IMG/VR virus record: IMGVR_UViG_3300044846_003573
Source of the DNA: a virus
Taxonomy: Duplodnaviria; Caudoviricetes
Strand: one strand, 5' to 3'
Length of the DNA stretch: 64,000 bases
The position numbers were made by a program, and so were the translations under genes. The notes beneath the pieces are model-generated. The model made no database searches. It saw nothing but the letters and a program-made list of their open reading frames with translations, and was not told the origin of the DNA. This document shows, in pieces, positions 1 to 9,848 of the stretch; positions within the stretch are counted from its first letter, which is position 1; every line of letters starts with the position of its first letter.

Positions 1-1
1 G

Positions 2-139
2 GGTATTGAAACCATAAAACAAATTAAAGAAGAAATAAACAAAGGTTTGACAAATAAAGAACTAAAAGAAAAATATCCTGAAATAAGATATAATTTATTT
101 AGTGAATTACGAAATAATCGTAGGTGGAAAAATATTTAA
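2..139 (+). CDS. C-terminal fragment of an upstream gene, probably the helix-turn-helix tail of a homing endonuclease
   Basis: Open frame from the window edge, GIETIKQIKEEINKGLTNKELKEKYPEIRYNLFSELRNNRRWKNI*. The ..RRWKNI ending is typical of phage homing-endonuclease tails. Confidence 0.4.
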   Translation, partial: GIETIKQIKEEINKGLTNKELKEKYPEIRYNLFSELRNNRRWKNI

Positions 140-143
140 TAAT

Positions 144-449
144 ATGGAAAAAATAAATTCAATACAAATTAAAGAAAAATTAGATAAAAATGAAACGTTT
201 TTATTAAAAATGTTTGCGGTCTGGTGTTTACCGTGCCGTCAACTAACAGAAGAATTAAATAAAATCAGAACTGATATACCAATCTATGAGTTTGATGTTG
301 AAAGTGATATTGATTTCTCAAAGAAATTAGGTGTTAGAAATGTTCCAGTTTTAAAGTTTTATAAAGAAGGTGTTGATACTCATACTATGGTCGGATTAAA
401 ACCAGCTCAGACCGTATCTTCATTAATCCTTGAATATATTGAAAACTAA
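144..449 (+). CDS. trxA: thioredoxin
   Basis: WCLPC active-site motif and VRNVPVL cis-Pro loop. Likely start is the ATG at 144. Confidence 0.85.
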   Translation: MEKINSIQIKEKLDKNETFLLKMFAVWCLPCRQLTEELNKIRTDIPIYEFDVESDIDFSKKLGVRNVPVLKFYKEGVDTHTMVGLKPAQTVSSLILEYIEN

Positions 450-721
450 TGGCTAATTTATTGGTTGCGTATACAATGAAAGGATGTCATTGGTGTGTGG
501 AGTTCAAAAAACAACTTAAAGAAAATAAGATTAAGTTTAAGGAGCGAGACATTGAAAAATACGAAGAGGAGTATAACCTTTTTGTTGAAGTTACTGGTAA
601 CGATTTTGTTCCGGCATTTATGATTGTGGATACTGTGACAGAAGATGCTAAGTTATTTGCTCCCGACAGAGATTTCCAAGATATAAACGAAGCTGTTGGA
701 ATTATCAAAAATATTTTGTAG
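449..721 (+). CDS. glutaredoxin-like protein
   Basis: YTMKGCHWC CxxC motif and FVPAF loop, 90 aa. Confidence 0.8.
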   Translation: MANLLVAYTMKGCHWCVEFKKQLKENKIKFKERDIEKYEEEYNLFVEVTGNDFVPAFMIVDTVTEDAKLFAPDRDFQDINEAVGIIKNIL

Positions 722-730
722 TTTTGTTCC

Positions 731-1258
731 ATGAAGGAACTAACATTTAAAAAGAAAGGGGTAGTTCATACCCCTTTGACATTTTGGCAAGTTGACCCAA
801 CATCGAAGATTGCTATCTACCAAGGTGGAAGAGGGGCTCGTCCTGATTTAGATTTTATCGTAAAACATAAGGAAGAAGGTAAGAGATTACGGACACCATC
901 ACATACACATTGGATTGTTGATTTGATTGCTAAGAAACAATGTGCTCCGAATGTTATTAAAGGGTTTATTGATGACCTGATAAAAATATATGATGAAACC
1001 GAACCATTTAATTGTGTAACATCAAGAGATACCTACAAGTTACAGTATGTTAATAAACTTACACCAAAGTATCTTGAGTTACAAGGATGTGGTTATTATT
1101 CTATTGAAGTTTTAATTTCGTTTATTGAGTTGTTTTCCAAGTGTGAAAAACAAACACCAGGGGCGTTCATGTTTAGAAACCTATTGGTGATGGTTAAGCA
1201 ATATATTGATGGTGAGAGGGACTTCTACCAAATCGTTGGTTATTCTAAACGTGTTTAA
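731..1258 (+). CDS. hypothetical protein
   Basis: 175-aa ORF in the operon, no recognisable motif. Confidence 0.7.
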   Translation: MKELTFKKKGVVHTPLTFWQVDPTSKIAIYQGGRGARPDLDFIVKHKEEGKRLRTPSHTHWIVDLIAKKQCAPNVIKGFIDDLIKIYDETEPFNCVTSRDTYKLQYVNKLTPKYLELQGCGYYSIEVLISFIELFSKCEKQTPGAFMFRNLLVMVKQYIDGERDFYQIVGYSKRV

Positions 1259-1887
1259 ATAACGTTCAGGAACAATTTAGAAGGTAGTTGGTAGTCATCT
1301 GATACCTTACCTTCAAAGTTGTCGTTTAATATCGATAGGATAAGTTCTGAACTATAGTAACTATCTGATTTTACCTTTGTGAATTTCAGGTTACCTTCAT
1401 TACTTTCAAATTCCAATTTAATGTTTCTGAACTTAAAGTACGGTTGTGATTTCTCCGAGATTTTATAAAGGTAAGAATAAAGATTACCTAAATAGTTTTT
1501 AGAATAACCGTGAGGGAATGTTGATTGTATGGTTATTGATGATAGATTGTTTGTTGTGAAAGTTTCAGGATATTCAAATACGAATTTTGTATCCTCAAAG
1601 TTTGTGTCTTTGGTATCATAATCTATGATGTCCAATGTTTTAAGATTAAGAGCTGTTAAATCAGAATAGTTATTTTGTTCTTGTTCTATGAACTTATCTG
1701 TCAGATTGTAACATCCATATATTTTTGGATTCTTTGTATAACCTTTGATAATAAATAAACTATTACAATCAACAACTGATAGTTTTGTTTTATAAGTGTT
1801 ATTATCACTTATTTCTTGACATAAGAAATCTGCGAACTTATTAACAAATTCCTGATTTAAAATACAACTCTCTTTTTCCATATCCAA
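1255..1887 (-). CDS. hypothetical protein with faint resemblance to the S-adenosylmethionine synthetase N-terminal region
   Basis: NKFADFLCQEISD..KLSVVDCNSLFIIKGYT loosely parallels MetK DKICDQISD..VACETLVTTGLVLVAGEIT. The catalytic GHPDK motif is not conserved. Confidence 0.5.
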   Translation of the reverse strand: MDMEKESCILNQEFVNKFADFLCQEISDNNTYKTKLSVVDCNSLFIIKGYTKNPKIYGCYNLTDKFIEQEQNNYSDLTALNLKTLDIIDYDTKDTNFEDTKFVFEYPETFTTNNLSSITIQSTFPHGYSKNYLGNLYSYLYKISEKSQPYFKFRNIKLEFESNEGNLKFTKVKSDSYYSSELILSILNDNFEGKVSDDYQLPSKLFLNVI

Positions 1888-2088
1888 TTTTAAAACTAAA
1901 ATTTTAAAGGTTAAAGTCTAAATTATTTTCTATTGTATTTAAAATATTCTTTTCTGTCTCGGATGACTAAAGAAACGTTAAAAAATAAAAATATTGGAAT
2001 AAAAATTAAACTAATCATACCAATATATAGGTATGAAATGTTGAAAGTGTGTTAAGGAATTATTAACAAATCTTGAATAAATTTGTTA

Positions 2089-3201
2089 TTAGAAATAACT
2101 ATTAAACTCAATATTAAGACATTTTTTAACGTCACCTAAATCGGGGTAGTCAGGAACTCTTCCAGAACTCAACCAATTTAAATCACCACTTTCAAATAAA
2201 CTTTTAAGTAGGTTGATATAACCTCCGTAATAATTTAAATTTTCATATGGGTTATTTACGTTACTTTCAAACCAAAGTTTAATATTATAATGAGCAGTTT
2301 TTGTGACTTCATATCTTACACCCCATCTTTCTGTTGATGTACTTTTATTGTAGTCGTGTTTTTTGTATTTATACTCTTCTGATTTTTTACTATCAATAAC
2401 CTCACCGACTAATTGTCCTATAAGTGAGTCATACAATTCGTTAGCGTAAACCGACCCATAACAATTTGAGTATAATGAATATAATTCACTTCTTATATCT
2501 AATCCTAAGTTCATTATAAAGTATTCAACGCAATCATTATCTTGTAAAAGTTTAGTGATTATCTCTTCATTTAATTTTAAATTTGATTCATCACCTTGTT
2601 TTTTTGCTAAATCTTCTATTAATTCAGGAGTTATATAATCAATTGATAAATTACCAATTTTAAGTAAATCTTCTTTGATGTATCCTCTAATTTCTTCTTG
2701 ATATTTTGGTTCTAGTTCTTCATAAACATCTTTGAATTCATCACCTGTTACGTCATCATAAAAATAACCATCATAATCCCCATTTAATATTTCGGCAATT
2801 CTATCTTCACTAATATCGTTTCTACCACTACTAAAGAATTGTGCCAGTTCACCAGAATCTTCTAAATCAACATAATATTTCCCATCAATTTCAGTTATAT
2901 CTGAAAATTCCATTTCCATCATCTTATAGATGTAATTTGGGTCTTTTTGTATTAATTGATAAATTATTTTATTTTGATAATCCGACCAGTCATCATTAAA
3001 AGGGTCAATGTAATGTGTTAAATTATATTTAATTATTAACTCAAAAAATTTATCAAAACTACCCATAGCGTTTTCAATATCCTCTTCAGTAACATCTCCG
3101 TTTTGGAATAAAGTAATAAGTTTTATTAACTTATTTTGGAAACCTGTTAGTACGGGTTTTTCCTCTTCTTCGTTTAATTTTTTGAAAATTTTAAATTCCA
3201 T
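2089..3201 (-). CDS. acidic hypothetical protein, possibly virion-associated
   Basis: 370-aa ORF with TATTTAT upstream on the minus strand (3206-3212). N-terminus KKLNEEEE. Confidence 0.75.
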   Translation of the reverse strand: MEFKIFKKLNEEEEKPVLTGFQNKLIKLITLFQNGDVTEEDIENAMGSFDKFFELIIKYNLTHYIDPFNDDWSDYQNKIIYQLIQKDPNYIYKMMEMEFSDITEIDGKYYVDLEDSGELAQFFSSGRNDISEDRIAEILNGDYDGYFYDDVTGDEFKDVYEELEPKYQEEIRGYIKEDLLKIGNLSIDYITPELIEDLAKKQGDESNLKLNEEIITKLLQDNDCVEYFIMNLGLDIRSELYSLYSNCYGSVYANELYDSLIGQLVGEVIDSKKSEEYKYKKHDYNKSTSTERWGVRYEVTKTAHYNIKLWFESNVNNPYENLNYYGGYINLLKSLFESGDLNWLSSGRVPDYPDLGDVKKCLNIEFNSYF

Positions 3202-3263
3202 AATTATAAATATAAAAAAAGGGGAAAAATTCCCCTTTTAGTTTTCTTATGTTGCGGGAAAAA

Positions 3264-3305
3264 TTATTTTCCACATCCGCAACCACCACCGTTGTTGTTT
3301 TTCAT
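3264..3305 (-). CDS. 13-aa micropeptide MKNNNGGGCGCGK
   Basis: Read by hand on the minus strand. A-rich leader, followed by the hairpin at 3218-3240. Confidence 0.4.
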   Translation of the reverse strand: MKNNNGGGCGCGK

Positions 3306-3329
3306 TGTTTTTAATTTATTAGAGGTTTA

Positions 3330-3455
3330 TTACTTTTTCTTGTTTTTATTGTAGTACTTATCAATAGTACTTTGAACTGCGTTTTTAATACTCTCAGTTC
3401 TTAACTTTTTCACCTGTTCAGGTGAAGCGTTTTGTTTTTTACATCCACATCCCAT
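3330..3455 (-). CDS. 41-aa basic protein MGCGCKKQNASPEQVKKLRTESIKNAVQSTIDKYYNKNKKK
   Basis: Read by hand. TATTTAT motif upstream on the minus strand (3473-3479). Confidence 0.6.
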   Translation of the reverse strand: MGCGCKKQNASPEQVKKLRTESIKNAVQSTIDKYYNKNKKK

Positions 3456-3545
3456 ATTGTTGGTATTTTATTATAAATATTTACCACATGTGATTTAATA
3501 GTAAATAATATAGTTATTTTAATATTTATTAATATAATTTTTATC

Positions 3546-4847
3546 ATGAGAGTTAATATAGATATATCACAAATACAAAGGGTTGTTCAGATGTTGGTTG
3601 AGGAAGAAGGACAAGAGAGTGTTGTTATAACACCTGAGCAATATATTAATTTTTTAAAGTTTACTAATTATAACGGTAAATTGGTTCAAAATATGAAACA
3701 ATTCAGAGGTAAACGAATTGTTATTGATGGTGATTTAAGTCTGAGAAATACGGATGCTAATAACATTACAAATATCACAGTTAATGGTGGTTTAGATTTA
3801 TCATATACACTAGTTAATTCTATTGAGGGTCTTATATACAATAATATTTCAACATATGGGACACCGTATCAAAAAATTCAAATCAAAAAACAAAGACAGA
3901 TTGAATTAGCCAAACAAAACGATTTACGACAAGAGGACGAATGGAATTTAGAAACTGCAACAAGTGATATTGCGATTACCGCAAATGTTTTATTTGAGTT
4001 TCTGACTTCATCTTCTGGTCTTTATGAAGCTAAAGAACCTAATCATGATGCTAGGTTACAACAACTTTACGCTGAAAAAGAAAGAATGGAAGAAATTGAA
4101 AGAAAAACGGAAGATAATGAAAATCTGATGGATTTAGAGGCGGTTGAAGAAGAAATTGAATACCTTGAACTAAGAATTGACGTATATAACTTGGTTTACG
4201 CCTACAAATATTATAATATGAGAGTTTTCTATGTGTTAACTGGCGACTTAGAAGAATCAAAAGAAAGATGGGCGGTTGGTGATAATTACGACACCCACAT
4301 GTCAGCGTATGAAAAAATTGATGAATTAATCGATGATATTGGAATAAAAGGTTTTAATCAAAGTTTTGTTGAAGATTATATTGATGTTGAAGAACTTAAG
4401 GAAACTTTCAGAGAAGATGAAGAAAGTAATGTTAGAGAAAACCTTGAAGATTTTTTTAATGAGGAAGATTTTGAATATTCAGACCCAGCAGTTCAAGAAA
4501 GAATTGATGAGATTAATAAAATGTTGGAAGATTCTGAGAACTTATCACAAGAACAATATGACGAATTAAATGAAGAGTTGGATGAATTAAAAGATAGTGA
4601 TAAAACTATTCCTGAAGATTTAATTGAGGATAAGGTTGAAGATTTAGTTAATGATTTGGTTGATGACCCTATGACCACAATTCAAAATTATGGTTTGGAA
4701 ATTGAGAATTATATAGACACACAAGGATTCAAAGAAGGATTACTTCGTTCTGATGGTATCGGTCACACATTGAACACTTACGATGGTGAATACGATACTA
4801 TTGAATTTAATGATGAAACATATTACATTTTACAAATAGAAGGGTAA
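3546..4847 (+). CDS. acidic hypothetical protein with short leucine-rich-repeat-like units
   Basis: GDLSLRNT / GGLDLSYT units and a very D/E-rich C-terminal half. TATTTAT at 3523-3529. Confidence 0.75.
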   Translation: MRVNIDISQIQRVVQMLVEEEGQESVVITPEQYINFLKFTNYNGKLVQNMKQFRGKRIVIDGDLSLRNTDANNITNITVNGGLDLSYTLVNSIEGLIYNNISTYGTPYQKIQIKKQRQIELAKQNDLRQEDEWNLETATSDIAITANVLFEFLTSSSGLYEAKEPNHDARLQQLYAEKERMEEIERKTEDNENLMDLEAVEEEIEYLELRIDVYNLVYAYKYYNMRVFYVLTGDLEESKERWAVGDNYDTHMSAYEKIDELIDDIGIKGFNQSFVEDYIDVEELKETFREDEESNVRENLEDFFNEEDFEYSDPAVQERIDEINKMLEDSENLSQEQYDELNEELDELKDSDKTIPEDLIEDKVEDLVNDLVDDPMTTIQNYGLEIENYIDTQGFKEGLLRSDGIGHTLNTYDGEYDTIEFNDETYYILQIEG

Positions 4848-4848
4848 A

Positions 4849-5610
4849 ATGGAAACCAAACCAAGAAAAAGAAGAACAAAAAAAAATAATCATTTCAGAT
4901 TAACGACAGACTGGTTATTAACAGAACCAATTGACTACGAACACAAATATTATATGTTGATGGACTTTTTAAAGTTCTGTGACGATAAGATTGAGAAGTT
5001 TGAGTTATACCCCTTATTTAGTGAAATGTCATTACACTTGGCTAATCTACAAGTGATGTCTTCGGAATTCAAATACATCATAGTTAACAAAAAATTTGAA
5101 GTCATTGATGATGAAATACTAATCAATGAACTTAAATTTACACCAATCCCAAAGTTAGGTGATGATGAGTTGGAGGAACTAAATAAGGTTCTAAAATATG
5201 CCGGACCAAAGTTTTTTGAATACTTTAATGTCATCAAAGCTCTTTGGACATTAACATACGATTCAGTTTCAATCAAACATACCAACGAAAACAAGAAACA
5301 GGATTTAGAAAGAGGTTACTTTTTTACACTTAATGGGAACAACAAAAGGATTTGGAAGTATACAACTGGTGGTATTGATACGGTTAAACACGACAGTAAA
5401 TTTGCGGTTCAGTTAATATTTGATGGGGAAAGTAAAAAGGTAATCAGAACAATATTAAATGAATTAACTCAAGATATAAGTTTACCTATTTTTGAATTAA
5501 TGTCTTCCAACGACCTACCATTTGAAAATACACTCCTACCAATCTTTAAAAGAAAGGTATTAAGTTACATAGTTCAGAAAAAAACAATTGTAAATCTAAA
5601 GAAAAATTAA
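4849..5610 (+). CDS. hypothetical protein
   Basis: 253-aa ORF abutting the previous gene. Confidence 0.75.
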   Translation: METKPRKRRTKKNNHFRLTTDWLLTEPIDYEHKYYMLMDFLKFCDDKIEKFELYPLFSEMSLHLANLQVMSSEFKYIIVNKKFEVIDDEILINELKFTPIPKLGDDELEELNKVLKYAGPKFFEYFNVIKALWTLTYDSVSIKHTNENKKQDLERGYFFTLNGNNKRIWKYTTGGIDTVKHDSKFAVQLIFDGESKKVIRTILNELTQDISLPIFELMSSNDLPFENTLLPIFKRKVLSYIVQKKTIVNLKKN

Positions 5611-5622
5611 TACTTTTGTAAT

Positions 5623-5784
5623 ATGGGATTCAACAAAAAAATAATAGGGGAAGAACAAATTAAAAATTTAGAAAAAGATTTAACTATTATTAATCACTAT
5701 CTCAAAGCTGATTCCATCATTTTCACAAATAACGACGTTGCTAAAAAATTTAAAGAGTATGAGAAACAATATAGACCTGAATGA
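5623..5784 (+). CDS. small hypothetical protein
   Basis: MGFNKKIIGEEQIKNLEKDL... (53 aa), directly after TACTTTTG at 5611-5618. Confidence 0.6.
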   Translation: MGFNKKIIGEEQIKNLEKDLTIINHYLKADSIIFTNNDVAKKFKEYEKQYRPE

Positions 5785-5959
5785 AGTTCTGTTAAGAAAA
5801 CTTGAAAAACCAGTTCATATCAATTACATTTGTGATTATATCCTACGAGTTGGAATCGATGAAACAAGAAAACGAATTGAAAAACTTGTAAGTGAGGGTA
5901 TACTTGAAGAAAGTAAATATGGAAAAGAATATTATGTCAGAACAAAAAGAAATGGTTAA
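5759..5959 (+). CDS. small hypothetical protein, possible winged helix
   Basis: PVHINYICDYILRVGIDETRKRIEKLVSEGILEE pattern. Confidence 0.6.
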   Translation: MRNNIDLNEVLLRKLEKPVHINYICDYILRVGIDETRKRIEKLVSEGILEESKYGKEYYVRTKRNG

Positions 5960-6161
5960 TCATCCATCACACTATGGTGGTGAGGATAATCCATATGAAG
6001 CAATCAAGGTCATTGATGCTTGGGGTTTAGATAAAGATTTTTATTTGGGTAATGCGGTCAAATACCTATCACGAGCTGGTAAGAAAGACAACGTAGTTCA
6101 GGACTTGAAGAAAGCGATATGGTATATTGAAAAAAAGATAGAAAAATTACAGAATGATTGA
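5934..6161 (+). CDS. DUF3310-like phage protein
   Basis: VNHPSHY...FYLGNAVKYLSRAGKK...DLKKAIWY signature. Confidence 0.85.
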   Translation: MSEQKEMVNHPSHYGGEDNPYEAIKVIDAWGLDKDFYLGNAVKYLSRAGKKDNVVQDLKKAIWYIEKKIEKLQND

Positions 6162-7011
6162 GAATTATATTAACAGAGTCCTGAATGGTGATACCATTGA
6201 GGTGATGAGTGAGATGCCTGAAGGTTGGGTTGACTTGATTGTAACATCACCACCTTATAATGTAGGTATCCAATACGACACACATAACGATGAGATTGTT
6301 ATGGATGAATATTGGGTGTGGTCTGAAAAATGGTTAACGGAAGCGTATCGTTTACTTAAAGACGATGGAAGAATGGCTATTAACATACCATATGAAGTTA
6401 ATGTACAAGCTCGTGGTGGTAGAGTATTCTTCGCTTCAGAATTATATCAGGTAATGAAGAAAGTTGGGTTTAAGTTCTACGGTATTGTGGACCTTGAAGA
6501 AGACTCACCACATAGAAGTAAAACAACTGCTTGGGGTTCTTGGATGAGTCCATCCGCACCTTATATCTACAACCCAAAAGAATGTGTCATCTTGGCTTAT
6601 AAAAAAGTTCATATCAAGAAGGTTAAAGGTGAACCACAATGGAAGGGTGAACCTTATCTAACTGAAGAAGGAAAGAACAAAGTTGCTTATTCCGAACAAG
6701 ATAAAAAAGAGTTTATGGAATTGGTATTTGGACAATGGAAATACTTTGCCGATACTCGTTCATTAACAAAGGCAACGTTCTCTATGGATATTCCTGAAAA
6801 GGCAATTAAGATATTATCATATAGAAACGATGTAGTGTTAGACCCGTTCAATGGTTCAGGAACCAGTTGTGTAGCCGCAGTTGTTCATGATAGACGATGG
6901 GTTGGTATTGAATTGAGTGAAAAATATTGTGAAATTGCAAAACAACGAATACAAAGTTTTGTAGACCAAAAGAGTCAACAAAAATTAGAATTTGAAAATG
7001 GGGGTCAATGA
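6154..7011 (+). CDS. DNA amino-methyltransferase (N4-C/N6-A, beta class)
   Basis: TSPPYN catalytic motif precedes the VLDPFNGSGTS SAM-binding motif. Confidence 0.92.
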   Translation: MIENYINRVLNGDTIEVMSEMPEGWVDLIVTSPPYNVGIQYDTHNDEIVMDEYWVWSEKWLTEAYRLLKDDGRMAINIPYEVNVQARGGRVFFASELYQVMKKVGFKFYGIVDLEEDSPHRSKTTAWGSWMSPSAPYIYNPKECVILAYKKVHIKKVKGEPQWKGEPYLTEEGKNKVAYSEQDKKEFMELVFGQWKYFADTRSLTKATFSMDIPEKAIKILSYRNDVVLDPFNGSGTSCVAAVVHDRRWVGIELSEKYCEIAKQRIQSFVDQKSQQKLEFENGGQ

Positions 7012-7055
7012 CCTCCATTTTTCATTTATTGATATATTTATTATAAAATATTGTT

Positions 7056-7427
7056 ATGAAAAATTCGGAAGTTGTTAAATTTTTATTAGAAACCCAAACT
7101 CAGTTCAGAGTGTTACACTGGCAAACAAAATCACTATCAAGACATAAGGCGTATGGTAAAACATATAGTTCACTTGATGATTTAATTGATAAGTTTGTTG
7201 AAGTTTGTATGGGTAAACACGGAAGACCTAGTTTTACAGGTGGTTATAGTTTAGGTGGTAGTGATATTGAAGAACTTGATTTAACTGGTTTTATTAATTC
7301 AGTATGTGAATATCTTATTGGACTTTCAGAAGTTTATGACCCAAAGATGGACTCAGATTTATTAAACATTAGAGACGAAATGTTAGCGGAAATTAACAAG
7401 TTGAAATACTTGTTAACTTTAAAATAA
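7056..7427 (+). CDS. Dps/ferritin-like four-helix protein (DUF5856-like)
   Basis: FRVLHWQTK..RHKAYGKTYSSLDDLIDKFVEV..G and C-terminal LLNIRDEML..KLKYLL. Confidence 0.75.
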   Translation: MKNSEVVKFLLETQTQFRVLHWQTKSLSRHKAYGKTYSSLDDLIDKFVEVCMGKHGRPSFTGGYSLGGSDIEELDLTGFINSVCEYLIGLSEVYDPKMDSDLLNIRDEMLAEINKLKYLLTLK

Positions 7428-7502
7428 GAGGTATATTACTTTTTTACTTTAAAAGGTTCATCGTAATGATGAACTTTTTTTTTGTTACAATATTTATTAT
7501 TA

Positions 7503-8906
7503 ATGAAAAAGATAATTTCCGAAGGTGGTATCAGAAACATAAGAGAACTTTCTGATAGATACAAAAAAGCAAAGATATACTTCCACCAAGATTTAGATGG
7601 TGTTGCAACTGCATTAGCGATGAAAAAGTATTTGGAAGACAACGGAATCAAAGTTGTTGATGTTGAAGTAATCCAATACGGAGATAAGGAATTCGCGGTT
7701 AAGAAAGCAGATGCTGAAGGTGAAATCATGCCAGTTCTTGTTGACTTTGCTCACGGAAAACCAATGTTCGTGGTTCATACTGACCACCACGATAGACAAG
7801 CCGGAGCTGACGAAACTAAGTCAACTCAGTTCAGAGGGGCTCGTTCAAATGTTGAAACTCTTTCACAGATTGTCCCGGCTTCTGAAATTTTCACACCAGA
7901 AGATGTTGCGACAATATCTATGGTTGATAGTGCTGATTATGCTTCAAAAAACATTACACCTGAAATGGTGATGAATTATGTGTATGGGACATCAAAAGAA
8001 AAGAGTGCTAAAGAAAATAGAATGTTATTAGGTTTGGTTACCAACAAATTATTGTTGGCTTTCAAAAGTAAACCAGGATTTTTAGAGACATTAGTATTAG
8101 ATTGTAAACCTTCACTTCTTTCAATCTTCAATAAGATTAAGGAATTAATGAAGACAAACAGATATGCTGATATATCTTCATTAGAGAAAAACAAAGAAGA
8201 TTACGTTCAGACAATGAAAGGACATAAGAATGTTCAGGTTAAAGATAATATCATCGTTCAGTATGGTGGTGGTAGTATGATGAGACCTGGTTCGTATGAC
8301 AGATACACCCCATTTAGAAACAACCCTGAAGCTGACTTTTTAGTTATTGCTTGGCCACTTGGTTTATTACAGGCATCATGTAACCCTTTTAAAAAAGAAA
8401 GAGAACTTAAAGGTGTTAACTTGGGAGAAATTGCTCAAGAAGTATTGGGACATTGGGAATCACAATTAAAAGAAAAACAAGTCCCATTATCAACAATCAA
8501 GTGGGTTTCTGAAACTGCTGCGAAAGAAGAATCAGTTGGATTTACCTTTAAGGATTTTGCTGCAATATACGGAGACAAATACTTGGATGAGAAAGATGGT
8601 GTTAAAACACTTATGGATATTAAATCTTTGATGGAAAAAAAATCATCTGAATTGACCGAAGAAGAATGGAGTGTGTTAGATGGTGTTACTGTTCCAGTAT
8701 GGGAAGTTATCCAAGCTAATTCAGGTGGACACAAGTGTATTACAAATGTATCTGGTTTAAATTATATTGGAAGAAGTAAGAGACCACCACAAGGTAAGTA
8801 CAAGTACGATTCTGAAAAAGAAGATTCACCTTATATTAAGTTCTTAAAGATGTTACAGAATAGATTTGTGAATGTTTTACAACAGAAGATTGAGGAAAGT
8901 AAGTAA
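7503..8906 (+). CDS. DHH-family phosphoesterase
   Basis: HQDLDG, VLVDFAH, TDHH and C-terminal SGGH motifs. Confidence 0.75.
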   Translation: MKKIISEGGIRNIRELSDRYKKAKIYFHQDLDGVATALAMKKYLEDNGIKVVDVEVIQYGDKEFAVKKADAEGEIMPVLVDFAHGKPMFVVHTDHHDRQAGADETKSTQFRGARSNVETLSQIVPASEIFTPEDVATISMVDSADYASKNITPEMVMNYVYGTSKEKSAKENRMLLGLVTNKLLLAFKSKPGFLETLVLDCKPSLLSIFNKIKELMKTNRYADISSLEKNKEDYVQTMKGHKNVQVKDNIIVQYGGGSMMRPGSYDRYTPFRNNPEADFLVIAWPLGLLQASCNPFKKERELKGVNLGEIAQEVLGHWESQLKEKQVPLSTIKWVSETAAKEESVGFTFKDFAAIYGDKYLDEKDGVKTLMDIKSLMEKKSSELTEEEWSVLDGVTVPVWEVIQANSGGHKCITNVSGLNYIGRSKRPPQGKYKYDSEKEDSPYIKFLKMLQNRFVNVLQQKIEESK

Positions 8907-8907
8907 T

Positions 8908-9255
8908 TTATTTAAAGAACTCACAAACTTGTCCTTCTCTGATACCTAAATCTTCACAGGTACCACCTTCAAGTTCTAATACATACATTCCTTTACCTAC
9001 AAACCTTTCACAAGGTTGAACCTTACATGGTTCACAGTAGTGATGTATTTTATTGATTTTAAAGTTCTTATCAATAAAGATAATGTCTAAAGGGATGATA
9101 CAATTCATCATCCAAAAACTATGTGAACCATCACCCATGATGAACAACATACCGTCAAAATCGTCAAAAGTCTTGTTCATCATACCTTGACTGGTCTCAG
9201 AACTTTCAATTAACACTTTGACATTGAAACTATTTTTATTTATTTTTAACAACAT
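8908..9255 (-). CDS. DUF192 family protein
   Basis: GMLFIM..HSFWMMNCIIPLDIIFID and YVLELEGG. Confidence 0.85.
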   Translation of the reverse strand: MLLKINKNSFNVKVLIESSETSQGMMNKTFDDFDGMLFIMGDGSHSFWMMNCIIPLDIIFIDKNFKINKIHHYCEPCKVQPCERFVGKGMYVLELEGGTCEDLGIREGQVCEFFK

Positions 9256-9275
9256 ACTTATTAATAAATATTTCT

Positions 9276-9686
9276 ATGAAACAAAGTGCAGGAATTATTG
9301 TGAAAGTAAATGATAAATGTTTGGTTTGTAAGAGAACTGCTGAGATTAATGAACCATCAAAGTGGGCAATACCTATGGGTGGAATAGAAGAAGGTGAAGA
9401 CCCAAAGGATGCTGCGTATAGAGAGTTCTATGAGGAGATGGGTGTTCCAGTTGAAGAAGATATTAAACCTTTGGGTAAAATTAATCGTTATAACAAATTA
9501 GGTGGAATAAAAACTATTCTACATGTGTTCCTTTTAAAGACTGATACCAAAATCATTCCTGATTTAGAGAATGCTATGGACGGTTTTGAACACACAGAAT
9601 GTGCGTACATGACTTTAGAAGAAATTAAAAAACTTAATATGTCATCAGGTATTAAGGAAGTTTTAACTGATGTGTTAAATTTTTGA
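9276..9686 (+). CDS. Nudix hydrolase
   Basis: GGIEEGEDPKDAAYREFYEEMG Nudix box. Confidence 0.92.
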   Translation: MKQSAGIIVKVNDKCLVCKRTAEINEPSKWAIPMGGIEEGEDPKDAAYREFYEEMGVPVEEDIKPLGKINRYNKLGGIKTILHVFLLKTDTKIIPDLENAMDGFEHTECAYMTLEEIKKLNMSSGIKEVLTDVLNF

Positions 9687-9703
9687 TTTTTTTGATATAT
9701 TTA

Positions 9704-9837
9704 TTTGACACTACGGAATATTCGCTGTAAGTTTGTAAAAGATTTAACACTTATAGGAAATGAAAGATACTCGGTAGTTAAATCAAAAAAAAAGTTCACA
9801 AACTACTTGACAGAAAGAAAAAAAAGTCGTAAGTTTG
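9704..9837 (+). promoter_or_regulatory. tandem Bacteroidota sigma70-type promoters upstream of the large ncRNA
   Basis: TTTG(9704-9707)-N20-TAAGTTTG(9728-9735) and TTG(9807)-N20-TAAGTTTG(9830-9837). These match the -33/-7 consensus TTTG-N19-21-TAnnTTTG. Confidence 0.75.
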
Positions 9838-9848
9838 TAAAACAAATC

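Noticed and set aside
1923-2018. 31-aa hydrophobic minus-strand ORF between 1887 and 2089
   Set aside because: It is plausible but too short and featureless to support as a gene.
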